DNA from: a virus
Virus record (IMG/VR): IMGVR_UViG_3300044846_005100
Coordinates: 1 to 64,000 of that record
Length of the DNA: 64,000 nt
Reading direction: 5' to 3' (one strand)
How positions within the stretch are numbered: position 1 is the first letter of the stretch; each line of letters opens with the position of its first letter. The notes beneath the pieces were generated by a model. That model was given only the letters and a program-made list of their open reading frames with translations, had not been told where the DNA came from and did no database searches. Below, in pieces: positions 43,434 through 53,528 of this stretch. The position numbers and the translations under genes are program-made.

Positions 43434-45629
43434 TTAAAAGTTAATTTCACATGATCCGCCAGAACAAGCAACTCCAGCTAATTCATCAGCATTTAAATAC
43501 TTTTCTTGGTAATTTACTTTAGAGAAGTCAATAGGCTTATTTTTCAGTACTCTATTAATTTTTACCCATTTGTGGTATAGATGAATATCTTTCAAGCATT
43601 CTGTAGCATTGTTCATGTTATTTTTAAAATAGTTCTTAGCAAACTTTTTAATTCTACTAACAATATCTTTTTTAACCATTACTGTAATTCTATCTCCTGA
43701 CAAAACAAAAGTTCTATCTGTTACTGCAGAACATACATCCCATAGATCATTATTAAAACAATGTAAAGCATCTACAATTAATCCTGAAGCAAATAAGGCT
43801 GCATCTCCATATTTATTTACTAATTGTTCCTGAGTAAGTACTTCTGTAAAAGGAGCTTGCTTATAAATTTTGTCTCCTGAATTTGGTAGAAAAGATAACC
43901 CACAGAAATCTTCTTTATTCTCAAAAATGTAATCAAAAGCTTTATCCCAATCTGATACACTCACTGTGTTAGATACATTATGTGTAATAGTAGCACTATA
44001 CCCAAGTTCTTTATTAGTCCCTGGTAATACCCAATATTTATAGACTAATTGCACTGCTTTTAAAAATTCAATTTCATCTACTTGAGATTTTACAATAGTT
44101 TCAGGAGTTTCTTGCATAGGAATAAAACAAGCGTAATCACTATTGGTTGGGCTCCACACTCCTTCTTCTAACAATTCAGGATAGTTTTCATTCAAAAACT
44201 TAGCCATTGGAGTATCTTTGTTTAATTGTATAGTTCTGAAATAGTTATGTGCATGTGCAGGATGAATCCCTGAAGCTGTCATAGCCAATACAGAAGCATT
44301 TCCCGAAGGTTTTACACAAGTTGTTCTAGCGGCCTGACTAATTCCAATTAATTCTGCAACTATTTTATTAGTTTCTTTAACGATTTCAGCTCCTTTTTCT
44401 AAGATTTCAGGATTCAATAAAATTAAAGGGTTGTTCATAATTCCTGTAATAGAAACTCCTAACAATGCTTCCCAATTAATTAATTCTTCTGTTTCTTTTC
44501 CTAAGAAAGGCATATTAGTGTAAGATGCTTGGAATGTTCCTAATATAGCAGCAGCTTTGCATGCTTCATAGAATTTTTCAGGAGTAGTACATTTTGCCCC
44601 AATAATTTCATTTAAATTACAGAATGACCAACAAGATTTTCCTGTAAAAGGATTGATAGGTTTAAATCCAATTTCAACACAAGGATTCACCATCATATCA
44701 ATATCATCTACTAATACAACACCTGGCTCTCCAAATTGTTTGATAAATTCTTTATAGGCATCCAATTCTTCTTTTGTAATAGAAGATTTTAATATTTTGG
44801 CAGAATTATTAGCTCTTGCTCTCCAAGGAGTATCCATCCACCAATTTCCTGTTTTACAAGAAAGCATATCTTGATCATCTTTATCAAATAAAGAAATTAA
44901 TGCACTTCTTCTAACACCTCCAGATAAAACTGCATCTGATAAAATACAAATAATATCGTGACAGTCTAAAGATTTTAAAACGTATTCTTCTTTAGCTAAT
45001 TTAGCATCTAGTATCTTCTCTATTAGTTCCAAAGATTTTTTTAACCCATCAGGTCCTGGAGCAATAAATTCTCCTGCTATAAGCTCTCCTTTAGCTCTAA
45101 TTTTAGAGTAATCAAATAATACTTTTTGCGTACCATTAAAATAAGAGAATAATAAAGTGTCAATAGCTATTGCCCAACCTTCGATAGAATCATCTATTAC
45201 ATGAACAAAATGAGAGTTTGTGTCTCTCTTCATAATTCTAGGAAGATTTGCAATAAATCTTTTCTCTACTGAGAAACCAACTCCTGCACCACAAAGAAGC
45301 ACATACATAATTTCTTTGAATACTTCAGGTCTATCTACATAAGTAACTGAACAATTGTATAATTTAACATTATGAGCAGTGATATGTTTTTCTCTAAATT
45401 GAAGATTTCTTTGAGAAGCCAATATCTCCATATTATTGTATGCTTGTTTAGCAATGTCAAAATAAGGTTGTATTTGGCCCCAATTTTCTCTTTGAGAGAA
45501 TTTATTATAATGCATTTGCATCACATCATTTACCGACTCTTCCCAAGTCTCTAAACGATTTTCATTTTTTAAGAATTTTGCATAAGATTCTTTAAACTTT
45601 AGCTGTGAAGCTATTTCTTTACCATTCAT
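43434..45629 (-). CDS. ribonucleotide reductase large subunit (probably class II, NrdJ-like)
   Basis: YNCS, GAGVGFSV, GGVRRSA, NPCVEI, CNL, TCVKPSGNAS, C-terminal CSGGSC; no NrdB gene in the window. Confidence 0.85.
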   Translation of the reverse strand: MNGKEIASQLKFKESYAKFLKNENRLETWEESVNDVMQMHYNKFSQRENWGQIQPYFDIAKQAYNNMEILASQRNLQFREKHITAHNVKLYNCSVTYVDRPEVFKEIMYVLLCGAGVGFSVEKRFIANLPRIMKRDTNSHFVHVIDDSIEGWAIAIDTLLFSYFNGTQKVLFDYSKIRAKGELIAGEFIAPGPDGLKKSLELIEKILDAKLAKEEYVLKSLDCHDIICILSDAVLSGGVRRSALISLFDKDDQDMLSCKTGNWWMDTPWRARANNSAKILKSSITKEELDAYKEFIKQFGEPGVVLVDDIDMMVNPCVEIGFKPINPFTGKSCWSFCNLNEIIGAKCTTPEKFYEACKAAAILGTFQASYTNMPFLGKETEELINWEALLGVSITGIMNNPLILLNPEILEKGAEIVKETNKIVAELIGISQAARTTCVKPSGNASVLAMTASGIHPAHAHNYFRTIQLNKDTPMAKFLNENYPELLEEGVWSPTNSDYACFIPMQETPETIVKSQVDEIEFLKAVQLVYKYWVLPGTNKELGYSATITHNVSNTVSVSDWDKAFDYIFENKEDFCGLSFLPNSGDKIYKQAPFTEVLTQEQLVNKYGDAALFASGLIVDALHCFNNDLWDVCSAVTDRTFVLSGDRITVMVKKDIVSRIKKFAKNYFKNNMNNATECLKDIHLYHKWVKINRVLKNKPIDFSKVNYQEKYLNADELAGVACSGGSCEINF

Positions 45630-45676
45630 TTATTTTTTGTTTTAGGGTTAATTAATTTTTTTATTTTTTTAAGGGA

Positions 45677-45686
45677 GGCAAAGATA
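45677..45686 (-). promoter_or_regulatory. Canonical Bacteroidota -7 element TAnnTTTG (also ~52239 and ~57789)
   Basis: TATCTTTG / TATTTTTG / TAATTTTG on minus strand upstream of operons. Confidence 0.55.
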
Positions 45687-45923
45687 AGTAAAAATTATTT
45701 ATTACTAAATAATAAATTACTTATTTTTCAAAAAGATTGTATTCTTCGGCATATTCTAAAATACCACCATGAAAAGTATTTTCACTATAACCCAAAGAAA
45801 GGGAGATTGTTTTAAATACCCTTAAAAGGTCAGTAATATTTATATCTTCTTCTACCTCTATTTTGATTTTAGTGTTAAATCCCTCTGCCTTAATTTTTAT
45901 TTTTTCTATCATAACTATTTAAT

Positions 45924-46853
45924 TTAAAAGTTATTATATTCTGTTTGTAGGACTTTAAATCCAAGATTTCTAGCATAATCTACTACTTGATTCCTGTCAT
46001 CTACCATAAATTGAATATAGTGTGTTTTACAAATTTCTTCCCACATTTCTGCTTTTACCTGCCAATCAGGTCTATTATCTCCAGATTTTCTCATATACAA
46101 ATCATCTTTATGTACATATATACAGTTTTGGTATAACCAATATAAAGTATCTACTTTACATATTTCATCTCTACCACTACAAAATATAATCTTATGGTCA
46201 TCTGAAATTTCTTTTTTAAACTGATCGTAAACATAAGCAATATCTACAATTGAATCTATAGGCTTATCTTCTAACACTCTTCCCCAATCAAAAGGATTTC
46301 TTTTTCCTTTTTCAGCCAAAGTACCGTCAATATCAAATACAATGCATTTAGTTTTTTGGGGATCATTTTCAATGAATTTAATGGTAAAATCTATAGGATT
46401 TTCTTGTAAAGATTTTTTTAAGTTTTGAAATTGAGAATACTGTTTTTTAATTATTTCGTCATCCACTTGTCTAGTTCTTCTTTTATTGTATTCTAAACAT
46501 CTCTCCAAGCTAATATTAAAAAATTCTAAGTTAACCACACAGTTGAAATATTTAAATCTTTCTAAATATTCTCTCTTTAGGTGAGTAGCATCTATGATAG
46601 GAGTTTTTGATGAAGCAAGAGCTTCTTTTATCAATAAATTTTCATACTGAGTAACTTCTTTTTCTCTTTTATTTAGATCTGGTCTTTTGTAATACTCTGA
46701 TATAGTTGATTCAGTATATCCAAACAAAAGTTCTCGTATTTTATCTCTATTGACAGAGATAAACTGATCAGGGGCATTTTGTACTAATGCACAAGCGTGT
46801 GTGCTTTTTCCTGAACCGCTTGGGCCTACCAATACTATTATTTTTCTAGTCAT
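45924..46853 (-). CDS. polynucleotide 5'-kinase/3'-phosphatase (T4 PseT-like)
   Basis: GPSGSGKST, NRDKIR, HAD motif FDIDGTLA, SGR, MVDDRNQV. Confidence 0.9.
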   Translation of the reverse strand: MTRKIIVLVGPSGSGKSTHACALVQNAPDQFISVNRDKIRELLFGYTESTISEYYKRPDLNKREKEVTQYENLLIKEALASSKTPIIDATHLKREYLERFKYFNCVVNLEFFNISLERCLEYNKRRTRQVDDEIIKKQYSQFQNLKKSLQENPIDFTIKFIENDPQKTKCIVFDIDGTLAEKGKRNPFDWGRVLEDKPIDSIVDIAYVYDQFKKEISDDHKIIFCSGRDEICKVDTLYWLYQNCIYVHKDDLYMRKSGDNRPDWQVKAEMWEEICKTHYIQFMVDDRNQVVDYARNLGFKVLQTEYNNF

Positions 46854-46854
46854 A

Positions 46855-48363
46855 TTATTCTTGATTATCTTCTAAATTTGTTTCTCCTTTTTCTTGAGCA
46901 TCAGATTCTCCTAAAATAAATCTTTTAGATTTTAATTTATATGCTTCATAAGAATACATGTTTTCTTTTCTCAAGATTATTCCTTCTTCTGGAACTTTAT
47001 TATTACACATATAACAATCTTTTTCATTATATTTTATTTCTAAATCAGCTAACATAGGTTCTCTGAAATCTAAAAATCCTGTTAAATTATTTTTTTCTAA
47101 ATAATTCTGAACAGTACCGTAATAAATAAAAGTGTCTTTGTATAACAACCCTACTTTTTCACAATATTCTTCAATTTGTTTATCAGTTAAAAAGATTACT
47201 TTTCCATCAGGATTTACCACTGAAATTTTGTAAACATAAAATTTATGTTGTGGTTTTTTAACTGTTTCTAATTCTTTTAACAAATCTTGAGGAATTGTTT
47301 CAAAAATATCATCCAATCTACCAATAAAAAATTTAAACTTTTCTTCATCGTATAAATTATATTTTTTTAATAAATCTTCTTTTTGCTTTTTATTTAAAGC
47401 TTTCCAAGCTTCTTTATAGGATTTTTTATCATCGCTACCTAAAACAGTACAACCGTAATCATACGCTCCTTGTATTGGGGCCCCTGAAGCAGTGTAACCT
47501 AAAATTTCTCCATAAAGTGTCCAATTTTTAGGAATTAAATGTCCTATTTCTTTGGCCACAACTCCCCAAATATCTTCTCCATAAAATCCTCCTCCTTTTG
47601 TTGGATTCAAATATTGGTTTTTAATTACTTTTCTCGAAGAATAAACAATGTCATAATCTTCTTCCTTAATATTCACTCCTACTTTTTTCAATAATTTTTC
47701 ATACCATGATAAAGGAGTTTTTACTAATACATTTCCAACTACCATTGAAGTACCATGCTTCTTGTAGTGAATACCGATAATATCATCAGGATTGATTTTA
47801 TCCATATTTTTACGAAGATTATCAGTATCTCCATGTAAATAAAATTGGCCTTCAATTAATCTATCAATACCTTTTGGCTGTTTATGGGATTTAGTAGCAT
47901 TACTTCCTCTTTGTTGTACAGGTACAATATATTTTTCACAGAGAGTATTACCATTAATTTCTGTAAATTCATCTCCTATATTTAAAGAGTCAATAGATGA
48001 ACTTTCTAAAAAAGAGTTTAAACTACTTAAAGGCATCAACATTCCATCAGATATTTCTCCTCTGAGTTTGATTGCTTTTACACGTTTTTGTTTAAAACTG
48101 ATAAACCCTTTTTGGGCTGTATCTAAATTTTCTTCAGATTTATCATACAAATTATTTTTTTTACAATAATCTGCATTTAATTTAGTACCAGATACAAAAT
48201 AAAGCATTATATCTCCTTCTTTTACATTTTTGGAACATACTACTGTATTACCATTTACAATAGTTTTTACGATCATATCTGCTCCTTCTATTGGGAGAAT
48301 TTTTTTAACTTCAACTACACTACATGCATAGTTTTTGGAATTTTCATTTACTGATAATGTCAT
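46855..48363 (-). CDS. RNA ligase (Rnl2/DRB0094-like) with N-terminal OB-fold
   Basis: IEGADMI...LRGEISDG N-domain; motif I KKHGTS, YGEILG, EEGIILR, YKLKS. Confidence 0.8.
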   Translation of the reverse strand: MTLSVNENSKNYACSVVEVKKILPIEGADMIVKTIVNGNTVVCSKNVKEGDIMLYFVSGTKLNADYCKKNNLYDKSEENLDTAQKGFISFKQKRVKAIKLRGEISDGMLMPLSSLNSFLESSSIDSLNIGDEFTEINGNTLCEKYIVPVQQRGSNATKSHKQPKGIDRLIEGQFYLHGDTDNLRKNMDKINPDDIIGIHYKKHGTSMVVGNVLVKTPLSWYEKLLKKVGVNIKEEDYDIVYSSRKVIKNQYLNPTKGGGFYGEDIWGVVAKEIGHLIPKNWTLYGEILGYTASGAPIQGAYDYGCTVLGSDDKKSYKEAWKALNKKQKEDLLKKYNLYDEEKFKFFIGRLDDIFETIPQDLLKELETVKKPQHKFYVYKISVVNPDGKVIFLTDKQIEEYCEKVGLLYKDTFIYYGTVQNYLEKNNLTGFLDFREPMLADLEIKYNEKDCYMCNNKVPEEGIILRKENMYSYEAYKLKSKRFILGESDAQEKGETNLEDNQE

Positions 48364-48467
48364 TTTAAAAAATTTTAGTGTTAATAATAATGTTATAAGT
48401 AAACAAAAGGGAACATAATTTTGTTCCCTTTACTTTTACTTTTTTTAAAATTTACTTGAAGCAAGTA

Positions 48468-48722
48468 TTATTCTTTTTTCTCTTCATTAAAGTTTTTTAT
48501 AAAGTCATTTACTTGTCCTGAAGAAAAAACTTTGTCTCCAAATATGATGATAGGCACCGTTCTTTGGTTTATTCTTCTCATAAAAGGTAGAAAATCTGAC
48601 AATCTATCATCATATTTGATGATTTCATATTGTTCTGGTTGGAGATGTTTCTCCGCTAGCATTGCTGCTGTTTTACATGGGCCACATTTTTCAAGGCCGA
48701 TAATTTGAATTTTTGGAGTCAT
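48468..48722 (-). CDS. glutaredoxin/thioredoxin-like protein
   Basis: CGPC and RTVPII. Confidence 0.75.
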   Translation of the reverse strand: MTPKIQIIGLEKCGPCKTAAMLAEKHLQPEQYEIIKYDDRLSDFLPFMRRINQRTVPIIIFGDKVFSSGQVNDFIKNFNEEKKE

Positions 48723-48724
48723 TA

Positions 48725-50077
48725 TTAAATAATTTTTTCTGTTAATAAAATTTGTTTTACTTTTTCAATAAGTTCTTCAATAGTACCATTATTAATAATT
48801 TCATAATCAAGTTTGTGATTATCAAGACTTGTTTCACTAGGGTGTTCACTTTGAAATGATTTAGAACAACTCATCTTATGTTGATAAATTTCGTTACATT
48901 CAAAACAAGGTCTTTTAACTCCTATAGTAATTCCTCCTCTAGCTTTTACAGCATCATATTCATTGGGGAATCTCATGTCTGTAATGCACCACGAAGGATA
49001 AACTAGATTTTTATTTTCTTCCTGTTCATACAAACCCTCTCTTTCTAAAAATGCTTCCTCATAAGCTTCTGATGCTTCTTCTAATGTATTAAAATAACCT
49101 AAAAATTTAATTTTACCTTTAATTTGAATATTAGCTCTAATTCTATTATTATTTTTCTTATCTAAGCTTACTCCTTTATATCCAGTAGTGTTATCTTTTC
49201 TAATACTTGTATTAATAGCTTGTGTACCATAAGTAACCCATCTACAATTATTTGGGTTATAACCTTCATTATTATCTTTTCTATCTAATGTTAAATTATC
49301 TTTATATCCATTAGAATTTGACCAGTTTATAAAAGATTCAAAAGACTCTTCCCATTCTTTACATAGTTTAATACCTCTTTCACCATAACTAGAATATCTG
49401 GGATGTTTAGGATTATTACATCTTTGTTTAATATTATGGTAAACTCTAAAAATTCTAGTTTTATTATAACCGTGCTTTAATCTACTATCAATAAAAGTAT
49501 TACTTTTCTCTATTTCATTATTTATTGGTTTATACTCACTCATTAAAGCATTTACCCAAATTGAAGGATGTATAATATCTCTACCACATTCTGTACCTAA
49601 TAATTGAAGAAGTAGTCTAGGGGTTAAAACTTCAGATTTTACTTCCCACCACTCAGGAGAGTGTTCTCTTAAGTTTAAACATAGTTCTTCTTTTTTGTTA
49701 AAAGCCTCTTGTTCTGTATTAAAATATTTATTATTATTATCCCAATTAAATGAATCATAAACTGAACTAAAATTTTTAACTTTACCTCTTGTAAGATAAT
49801 ATCTTTTCCATTCTTCCCCTAATTCACTATTCTTAAAATCTTGGTCTTCAAGTTGCTCTCTAGTACAACCTAAAAGTAAACATACAATATCTTTAAGTTT
49901 ATCTGCGAATTTTTTGATTTTCCAACCAGAATCTTCTCTTTGTTCAATTGTACCTGCATCAATTTTAATAGAATTAAAAATTTCTTCACTGTTATGACCT
50001 AAACATAATTCTTTAATAATTTTCCCAACAGTATCCTTTCCAGACGATATACGTCCATTTATACTAATTATACTCAT
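48725..50077 (-). CDS. deoxynucleoside monophosphate kinase with in-frame HNH-AP2 endonuclease insertion
   Basis: GRISSGKDT, FADKLK, TPRLLLQLLGTE...WVN, ITDMRFPNE, HPSETSLD; insert has LTLDRKDN.EGY.P.NCRW and GYKGV...LGYF. Confidence 0.85.
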   Translation of the reverse strand: MSIISINGRISSGKDTVGKIIKELCLGHNSEEIFNSIKIDAGTIEQREDSGWKIKKFADKLKDIVCLLLGCTREQLEDQDFKNSELGEEWKRYYLTRGKVKNFSSVYDSFNWDNNNKYFNTEQEAFNKKEELCLNLREHSPEWWEVKSEVLTPRLLLQLLGTECGRDIIHPSIWVNALMSEYKPINNEIEKSNTFIDSRLKHGYNKTRIFRVYHNIKQRCNNPKHPRYSSYGERGIKLCKEWEESFESFINWSNSNGYKDNLTLDRKDNNEGYNPNNCRWVTYGTQAINTSIRKDNTTGYKGVSLDKKNNNRIRANIQIKGKIKFLGYFNTLEEASEAYEEAFLEREGLYEQEENKNLVYPSWCITDMRFPNEYDAVKARGGITIGVKRPCFECNEIYQHKMSCSKSFQSEHPSETSLDNHKLDYEIINNGTIEELIEKVKQILLTEKII

Positions 50078-50104
50078 AACTTATCAATTTTATCTTTTGT
50101 TTCT

Positions 50105-50401
50105 TTAATCTTTTCTACTTATAAAAACTTTTAATGTTTTACCAAAATCCTGGATAGATAATTCTACTTTTTCACAATCTTTTTTAACATAAACTCTACC
50201 TGTTTCAGGTGTCTGATGGTCTATTACTTCAAATCTTGTTACTTTAGGTAAATTAATTACTTTATTAAAATTCTCTTCAATAATGTTACTAATAATATCA
50301 ATAATTTCATACGGAACAAGAGTAGTTTTATCTTCCAAATCTTCTCCGATTTGTTTTACTCTATCCATGTAGAGTTTTAATAATAGTTCTTTATTTATCA
50401 T
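50105..50401 (-). CDS. hypothetical protein
   Basis: 98-aa ORF. Confidence 0.55.
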   Translation of the reverse strand: MINKELLLKLYMDRVKQIGEDLEDKTTLVPYEIIDIISNIIEENFNKVINLPKVTRFEVIDHQTPETGRVYVKKDCEKVELSIQDFGKTLKVFISRKD

Positions 50402-50764
50402 TCTTTAAAGATTTAGTTAATAATAATATTTTATCCTTGAACATTGTAATGACAATTAGATTATCTTTACTAAATACTTCCACAAATAATGTAAAATCTA
50501 AAAAATTAAGTGTGTGTACTATACTTTCTTCAAGTATTTCTTTACTGTATTTCATTTTTTTTATTTTTCATTAAAAAATTTCTAGTTTTTCTATCATAAA
50601 AAACATCTTCATCTGGTATAATCTTTACCTCACTAATTAGTATTTTACAAGGTTCATCTAAATACCAAATGTATTCTGGGTCTGTTTCTGAAATCATACC
50701 TCTTTCACAATATTTTTTATTGATTCCTGGAGGTTGAAAGTAAACAAATTTATTAGTTGTCATA

Positions 50765-51010
50765 TTATTTTATTTTATCTAAAGGATATGCATTTAAAAT
50801 TGAGTCTTTATCTACATATTCATCATAAAATTCAGAACCTGTATTACCAGAGTAATTATATTGAATTTTAGCTTTTTCAGATGCAATTCTCAAAGCTTCC
50901 GTTACGTGCATTTGTGCAAACTCGATCATAAACTCTTCAATGTTTCTTAAAACAAATACTCCATTATTATTTGGAAATTTATTTTCTATTAATTCTATTG
51001 CTTTTATCAT
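50765..51010 (-). CDS. hypothetical Bacteroidota phage protein
   Basis: MIEFAQMHVTEAL...DSILNAYPLDKIK. Confidence 0.6.
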   Translation of the reverse strand: MIKAIELIENKFPNNNGVFVLRNIEEFMIEFAQMHVTEALRIASEKAKIQYNYSGNTGSEFYDEYVDKDSILNAYPLDKIK

Positions 51011-51012
51011 AA

Positions 51013-51399
51013 TTATTCTTTTATAGTTAATTCTTTACCTGTAAGTGAAAAATAAAGGTTTTGAAGTTGATGGACGTATTTAAGATCTGAAAAATCTGAA
51101 TAACTTTTAAGACCAATACTCCACCCTTTTTCTCCTAAATAATAAATTAAATCTAAATTACCTACTAAATTTAACGAAAAAGTCCAAATTCCAATTTTTT
51201 CTAATCCAAGTTTCAAAAGCCATTCCTCTGTTAAAGGAATTGGTTTAAAATGAAAACTTTTAGCTTCTATTTTAGGTTCAACAGTTTTTATCCAATAAAT
51301 ACCGTCTTCTCTAAACTCCGTAATATTTTTAAATGTTACTACATCATCTATAATAAATAGTAATTTATTTCCATATCTTAATTCTTGAGCGTTTATCAT
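51013..51399 (-). CDS. hypothetical Bacteroidota phage protein
   Basis: ELRYGN...PIPLTEEWLLKLG...YVHQLQNLYFSLTGKEL. Confidence 0.7.
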   Translation of the reverse strand: MINAQELRYGNKLLFIIDDVVTFKNITEFREDGIYWIKTVEPKIEAKSFHFKPIPLTEEWLLKLGLEKIGIWTFSLNLVGNLDLIYYLGEKGWSIGLKSYSDFSDLKYVHQLQNLYFSLTGKELTIKE

Positions 51400-51400
51400 A

Positions 51401-52000
51401 TTATTTTAAATTTGAGTATAAAATTGTTGGATTATTTTTCTTAACATCACATTTATAATAGACATCTTGATGAGTCATGAATTGCTGAGTGTTGAACCCT
51501 TTTGTAACAATATGTATTCCGTTTGGAGTAGGAATTGTGGTAATTATATGATCACCTCCTGGCTCACAATCATTAATTATAGTTTTTATCCTAAGAATAT
51601 CATTTTCAGTAACATCTTTATAGTCTATATCTACTATCCAAATCTTTTTTTCAGAAGACATATTACCTATAGCTTTTGTTACTAAACTATTATAAGAATA
51701 CTCTTTATTTTGCATCCTTTGCGAAAGAACTTCAAAAAGTTTAAATCCTAATTTTGTCAGGGAATAAGGTTGAAGTTTTATGTAAACTCTAGCATTAAAT
51801 ACCTCAGCTAAGGTTTTCATTTCATCATATCTTTCTAAAAGACTATCTAAATCTTTAATCATATAAGATTTTATGATTCTTACATTTTGATTATTAACTA
51901 AATGAGGGTTATCTTTTTTTCTTTGAAGCACCATTACTTCATAGAACCAATCTTCTTTAAATTCCAATAAGGGAATTATTCTATCTATATTGTCTGTCAT
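51401..52000 (-). CDS. hypothetical protein with AEP/PrimPol-like motifs
   Basis: WIVDID...TPNGIHIV. Confidence 0.5.
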   Translation of the reverse strand: MTDNIDRIIPLLEFKEDWFYEVMVLQRKKDNPHLVNNQNVRIIKSYMIKDLDSLLERYDEMKTLAEVFNARVYIKLQPYSLTKLGFKLFEVLSQRMQNKEYSYNSLVTKAIGNMSSEKKIWIVDIDYKDVTENDILRIKTIINDCEPGGDHIITTIPTPNGIHIVTKGFNTQQFMTHQDVYYKCDVKKNNPTILYSNLK

Positions 52001-52258
52001 GGTTAAGGATTTAAATTGTTTAATAATTGTTCTAATTCTTTTTTTATTAAAAATAATTGATTGAAAACTTCTATACTTAAAGGGTCATTTAATGTTGGTA
52101 GTTCCTTTTCTAAAGCTTTGCTATTATCAATATCTATAATAGCTGCTTTTATAGCCTGAGTTTTATTTAACCCTAAAAAAAGATATTTGTTTACTAAAGT
52201 TTCGGCATTATATTCTAACATGTTTTTTAGGTTAAAGTGCAAAAATAAATATTTTTTA

Positions 52259-52729
52259 CTAAAGAAGTGAAATTAATTTTTTTAATTTACTTATTTTGGG
52301 TTTTATTACAGATATTGTAACAGACGATAGATTCTTTTTCAAATCTTCCTCCAGCTCAAAAAGTTCTAAAATATACTCGGATTTACGAGCATTTCTAAGA
52401 AATAAACTATTTTCTTCAGTACAAACCTGATAAACAGTTTTACCTTCTGAGGTAGATACAGGAACAATAAGACAAAGTTCTTCTAGTTCTTTTAATCTTC
52501 CTGTTACGGAGCACTTATCCTCTAAAGATAAGTGCTTTTTTATTTCTTCGCTATTTAAAGGACCTTTTTGGGTTAAGCAATCATACACTTGTTTTTGTCT
52601 ATTTGCTAAATTTTTTAAAATCTCTTTATAAGCTTCATTTCTATTTGATATACTGATACTATTCATATAATCATTATTTTCCACTAGAGCCATAACCCCC
52701 TGCCCCTCTTTCGGTTTCAGAAATTTCAT
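52259..52729 (-). CDS. winged-helix DNA-binding protein
   Basis: RQKQVYDCL...SVTGRLKELEE. Confidence 0.55.
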   Translation of the reverse strand: MKFLKPKEGQGVMALVENNDYMNSISISNRNEAYKEILKNLANRQKQVYDCLTQKGPLNSEEIKKHLSLEDKCSVTGRLKELEELCLIVPVSTSEGKTVYQVCTEENSLFLRNARKSEYILELFELEEDLKKNLSSVTISVIKPKISKLKKLISLL

Positions 52730-53123
52730 TTACTTCTTTCCATTCAACTTCAGGATAAGGCATTATAATTAATTGGCCTATTCTGTCTCCTACATGATAA
52801 ATTGCATCATTTTTTTGCTCTTCATTTTTTAGGAAATACTGATAATTAGGTTTATATTTAAACATAATTTCGCCTCGGTATCCAGAATCAATAACTCCTA
52901 CAGAGTTTGTAAGAGCTAAAGATTTGTTGGCATTTGAAGATCTGGGGAATAATAAGCCCATAAATCCTTCAGGAATTTCTACCGCCAAACCTGTTTTATA
53001 AACATAATTACCTTGGGCATCTAAATCTACCTCTGTACAAGTAAGGTCCATTCCTGCATCCCCAGGCTTTGAGTAAGAAGGTATCACTGCCTTTTCATTT
53101 AATCTTTTGATTTTTACTATCAT
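52674..53123 (-). CDS. dut: dUTPase
   Basis: GDAGMDL, PRSS, GVIDSGYRGEI, RGAGGYGSSG. Confidence 0.95.
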   Translation of the reverse strand: MIVKIKRLNEKAVIPSYSKPGDAGMDLTCTEVDLDAQGNYVYKTGLAVEIPEGFMGLLFPRSSNANKSLALTNSVGVIDSGYRGEIMFKYKPNYQYFLKNEEQKNDAIYHVGDRIGQLIIMPYPEVEWKEVNEISETERGAGGYGSSGK

Positions 53124-53132
53124 ATTTTATTT

Positions 53133-53522
53133 TTAATTTATTAAGGTTCTATAATTTTTTTCATTAATCATGATTTCTCTATAAGAATCTGATACATGTG
53201 GATACACTATTAAAGCCTCCAAATGTTCTTGTCCAAGGTCTTTTATTTTAGTAAATTTTAAAGAATCTGTACCATTGATTCCTCTTGAACCCCATTCACA
53301 AAACTCTCTAATTACATTATGAGGGTCTTGTTCATTTAAGGTTAAAAGAGCAATTTTTTCTACATCTTTTCCTCCAAATCTAACATAATCAAATCCTCCA
53401 TCTAAAAAGGTTTCATTATTACAAGGACATTTAACAAAATCATGTCTATGTCGGGAAACTAATACTGTATTGCAATTTAAACAAGTTGCTTGGCTATATA
53501 CTATTCTATTTTTTTCTTTCAT
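53133..53522 (-). CDS. zinc-binding hypothetical phage protein
   Basis: CLNC...RHDFVKCPC...LDGG. Confidence 0.6.
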   Translation of the reverse strand: MKEKNRIVYSQATCLNCNTVLVSRHRHDFVKCPCNNETFLDGGFDYVRFGGKDVEKIALLTLNEQDPHNVIREFCEWGSRGINGTDSLKFTKIKDLGQEHLEALIVYPHVSDSYREIMINEKNYRTLIN

Positions 53523-53528
53523 TTTTTT

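Noticed and set aside
48725-50077. Intein in dNMP kinase
   Set aside because: Splice-junction residues and intein blocks not seen; retained as an in-frame endonuclease insertion instead
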